From: Camelus dromedarius
Taxonomy: Eukaryota
Reading direction: 5' to 3'
Length of the DNA: 64,000 nucleotides
Assembly: GCF_036321535.1 (NCBI RefSeq)
Contig: NC_087444.1
Coordinates: 70,494,001-70,558,000, forward strand
Below are positions 62,587-64,000 of the stretch, piece after piece. Each line of letters starts with the position of its first letter. Position 1 is the first letter of the stretch. The notes below the pieces were generated by a model. That model was not told the origin of the DNA and searched no databases. It worked only from the letters and a program-made list of their open reading frames with translations. The position numbers and the translations under genes are program-made.

Positions 62587-62671
62587 ACGGAGGACCCGCA
62601 CCCCAAAGAGACCATGGAGCAGCAGGATTCGTCCAAGGAAAGAAGTCTCCAAAGTCCAGAAGGCGATATCT
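62587..62671 (+). CDS. ZNF576: ZNF576 first coding exon (orthologous start reads ACG; first ATG at 62614); zinc-finger exon lies outside the window
   Basis: TEDPHPKETMEQQDSSKERSLQSPEGDI resembles human MEDPNPEENMKQQDSPKERSPQSPGGNI; acceptor at 62570; donor T|GTGAGT; 85 bp. Confidence 0.85.
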
Positions 62672-64000
62672 GTGAGTACTGCCGACCAGAGGAGGGTGGG
62701 GTGCAGAAGCTGAAGCTAAAAGGATTACTAGAGCATTTCAGTGTCCAAGGCGTTGACAGGACTTGCCTGTTGGGAAGGAGCTGTAATGGCCCCCGAGCTG
62801 CCCTCCTAGAAGCTGTTCCTCCCCCACCCTTACCCTTAACTACCGTCAGACATACTCCCTCTGCTCTGTCCACATAAGCATGAAGGGGATGCAATTCAGA
62901 GGCACTGAGCAGCATCCAGAGAGACTTAGAGTGGGAGAGGTGGCTGGGAAAAGGCAGAGAGCCCCAATCCCAACTCTGCCCCAGACTTTCCGTGTGACTT
63001 GGGCTTCTGTTTCTCTGTCTGTTAAAAGGGGTTGGCACTATTCACCTCATAGGGCTGGTGTGAGGACTAACGGCAGAAAAATGGAAAGCTTGATGTTTAT
63101 GAAAGTAGCCAGTTAGACACAGGAAAAAAGCAACAGCTTTTACCGAATGCTTATTATGGGCTAGGCGCGTTCTAAGAGTTTAACATTTGTTATCCAGTCC
63201 TTGCAGACCCTCTGCAGTTGATAATTAGCACTTTCAGATGATGGGACTGAGGCAAAGAGAGGTTAAATATTTGTAACAATGAGAGCCACAGTGTCAGTGC
63301 TCTCCAGCCAAAGATCACAGGGACATACCTGGAGTTGGAACAAGCTGGGTTTACTGCTCACTGCGTTGAGGAAGCACACACACCATGGGGCATCTCTGTA
63401 ATAAGGATTTATTATAGGATATGGGTTTGTGGTAAGCGATTTGGGGAAAGGTTCAAGAAAGGGGTTTTACTCTGGATGGATGCTGCCAGGAAGTGGGGGC
63501 AATTATGTGGCTGGCTGTCTCAATAAATCTTACCTAGAAGGAGGGAGGAACAAAGCACAGCTCAAGCTGATTGGTAAAGCAGCAACCGGCACGGCACGCA
63601 TATTAGCCAGGACAGGTGGGTGTTTGGCCATTTTTGTGGTTTGGACAGTGTTCACGTTTGTCTGTGTACAGATGGCATTATGGTGTGGTCTTGTCTTGAC
63701 TCACCTCAGTCACAGTACGGCCTTGTCTGATGATGTTCTGTTAAACTGTTTATGTTCAGCAGGAGAACGCCAAGGCCCAGCTCTGAGTGCCAGGCCAGCT
63801 CTGGCTGTGGGGCTGCTTTTCTCTCTCTCAGCAATAATTATTGCAAACCACTGTGTAGCACTGTTCTAAGCACTTTGTATAAGTTAATTCATTTGTTCCT
63901 TCCAACAGCCCTATGAAAACACTGTTTTTACTTGCCCAGGAAGCCACAGAACTGGCATTCAGTTCCAGGCAGTCTGGCTCCAGAGGCTGTGCCCTAATCA

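Overview
Mammalian genomic DNA syntenic to the human 19q13.31 block. The species is most likely a camelid, inferred from five tRNA-Ala-derived SINE copies of the Vic-1 type. I traced spliced gene models by hand, checking GT-AG boundaries and reading phase. Gene order: ETHE1 (- strand, exons 1-6 of 7, 47-12798); ZNF575 (+, 19162-20384, possibly N-terminally extended from 18131); XRCC1 (-, all 17 exons, 24962-47347, 631 aa); PINLYP (+, 5 coding exons, 48636-51891, 209 aa); IRGQ (-, 58134-61140, 621 aa); and the first coding exon of ZNF576 (+), whose orthologous start codon reads ACG. The remainder is CpG-island promoters, introns and transposon remnants (L1, MIR, MaLR/ERV LTRs, Tigger/Charlie MITEs), plus three N gaps. 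No new multi-gene system is supported. The best leads are MSR1-like minisatellite units sitting just downstream of splice donors, the ZNF575 upstream in-frame extension, the ZNF576 ACG start, a solo LTR beside the XRCC1/PINLYP bidirectional promoter, and a promoter-like motif cluster in XRCC1 intron 2. Comparisons with human proteins are from memory and were not run as alignments. Most ORFs in the supplied track are spurious or shadow frames.
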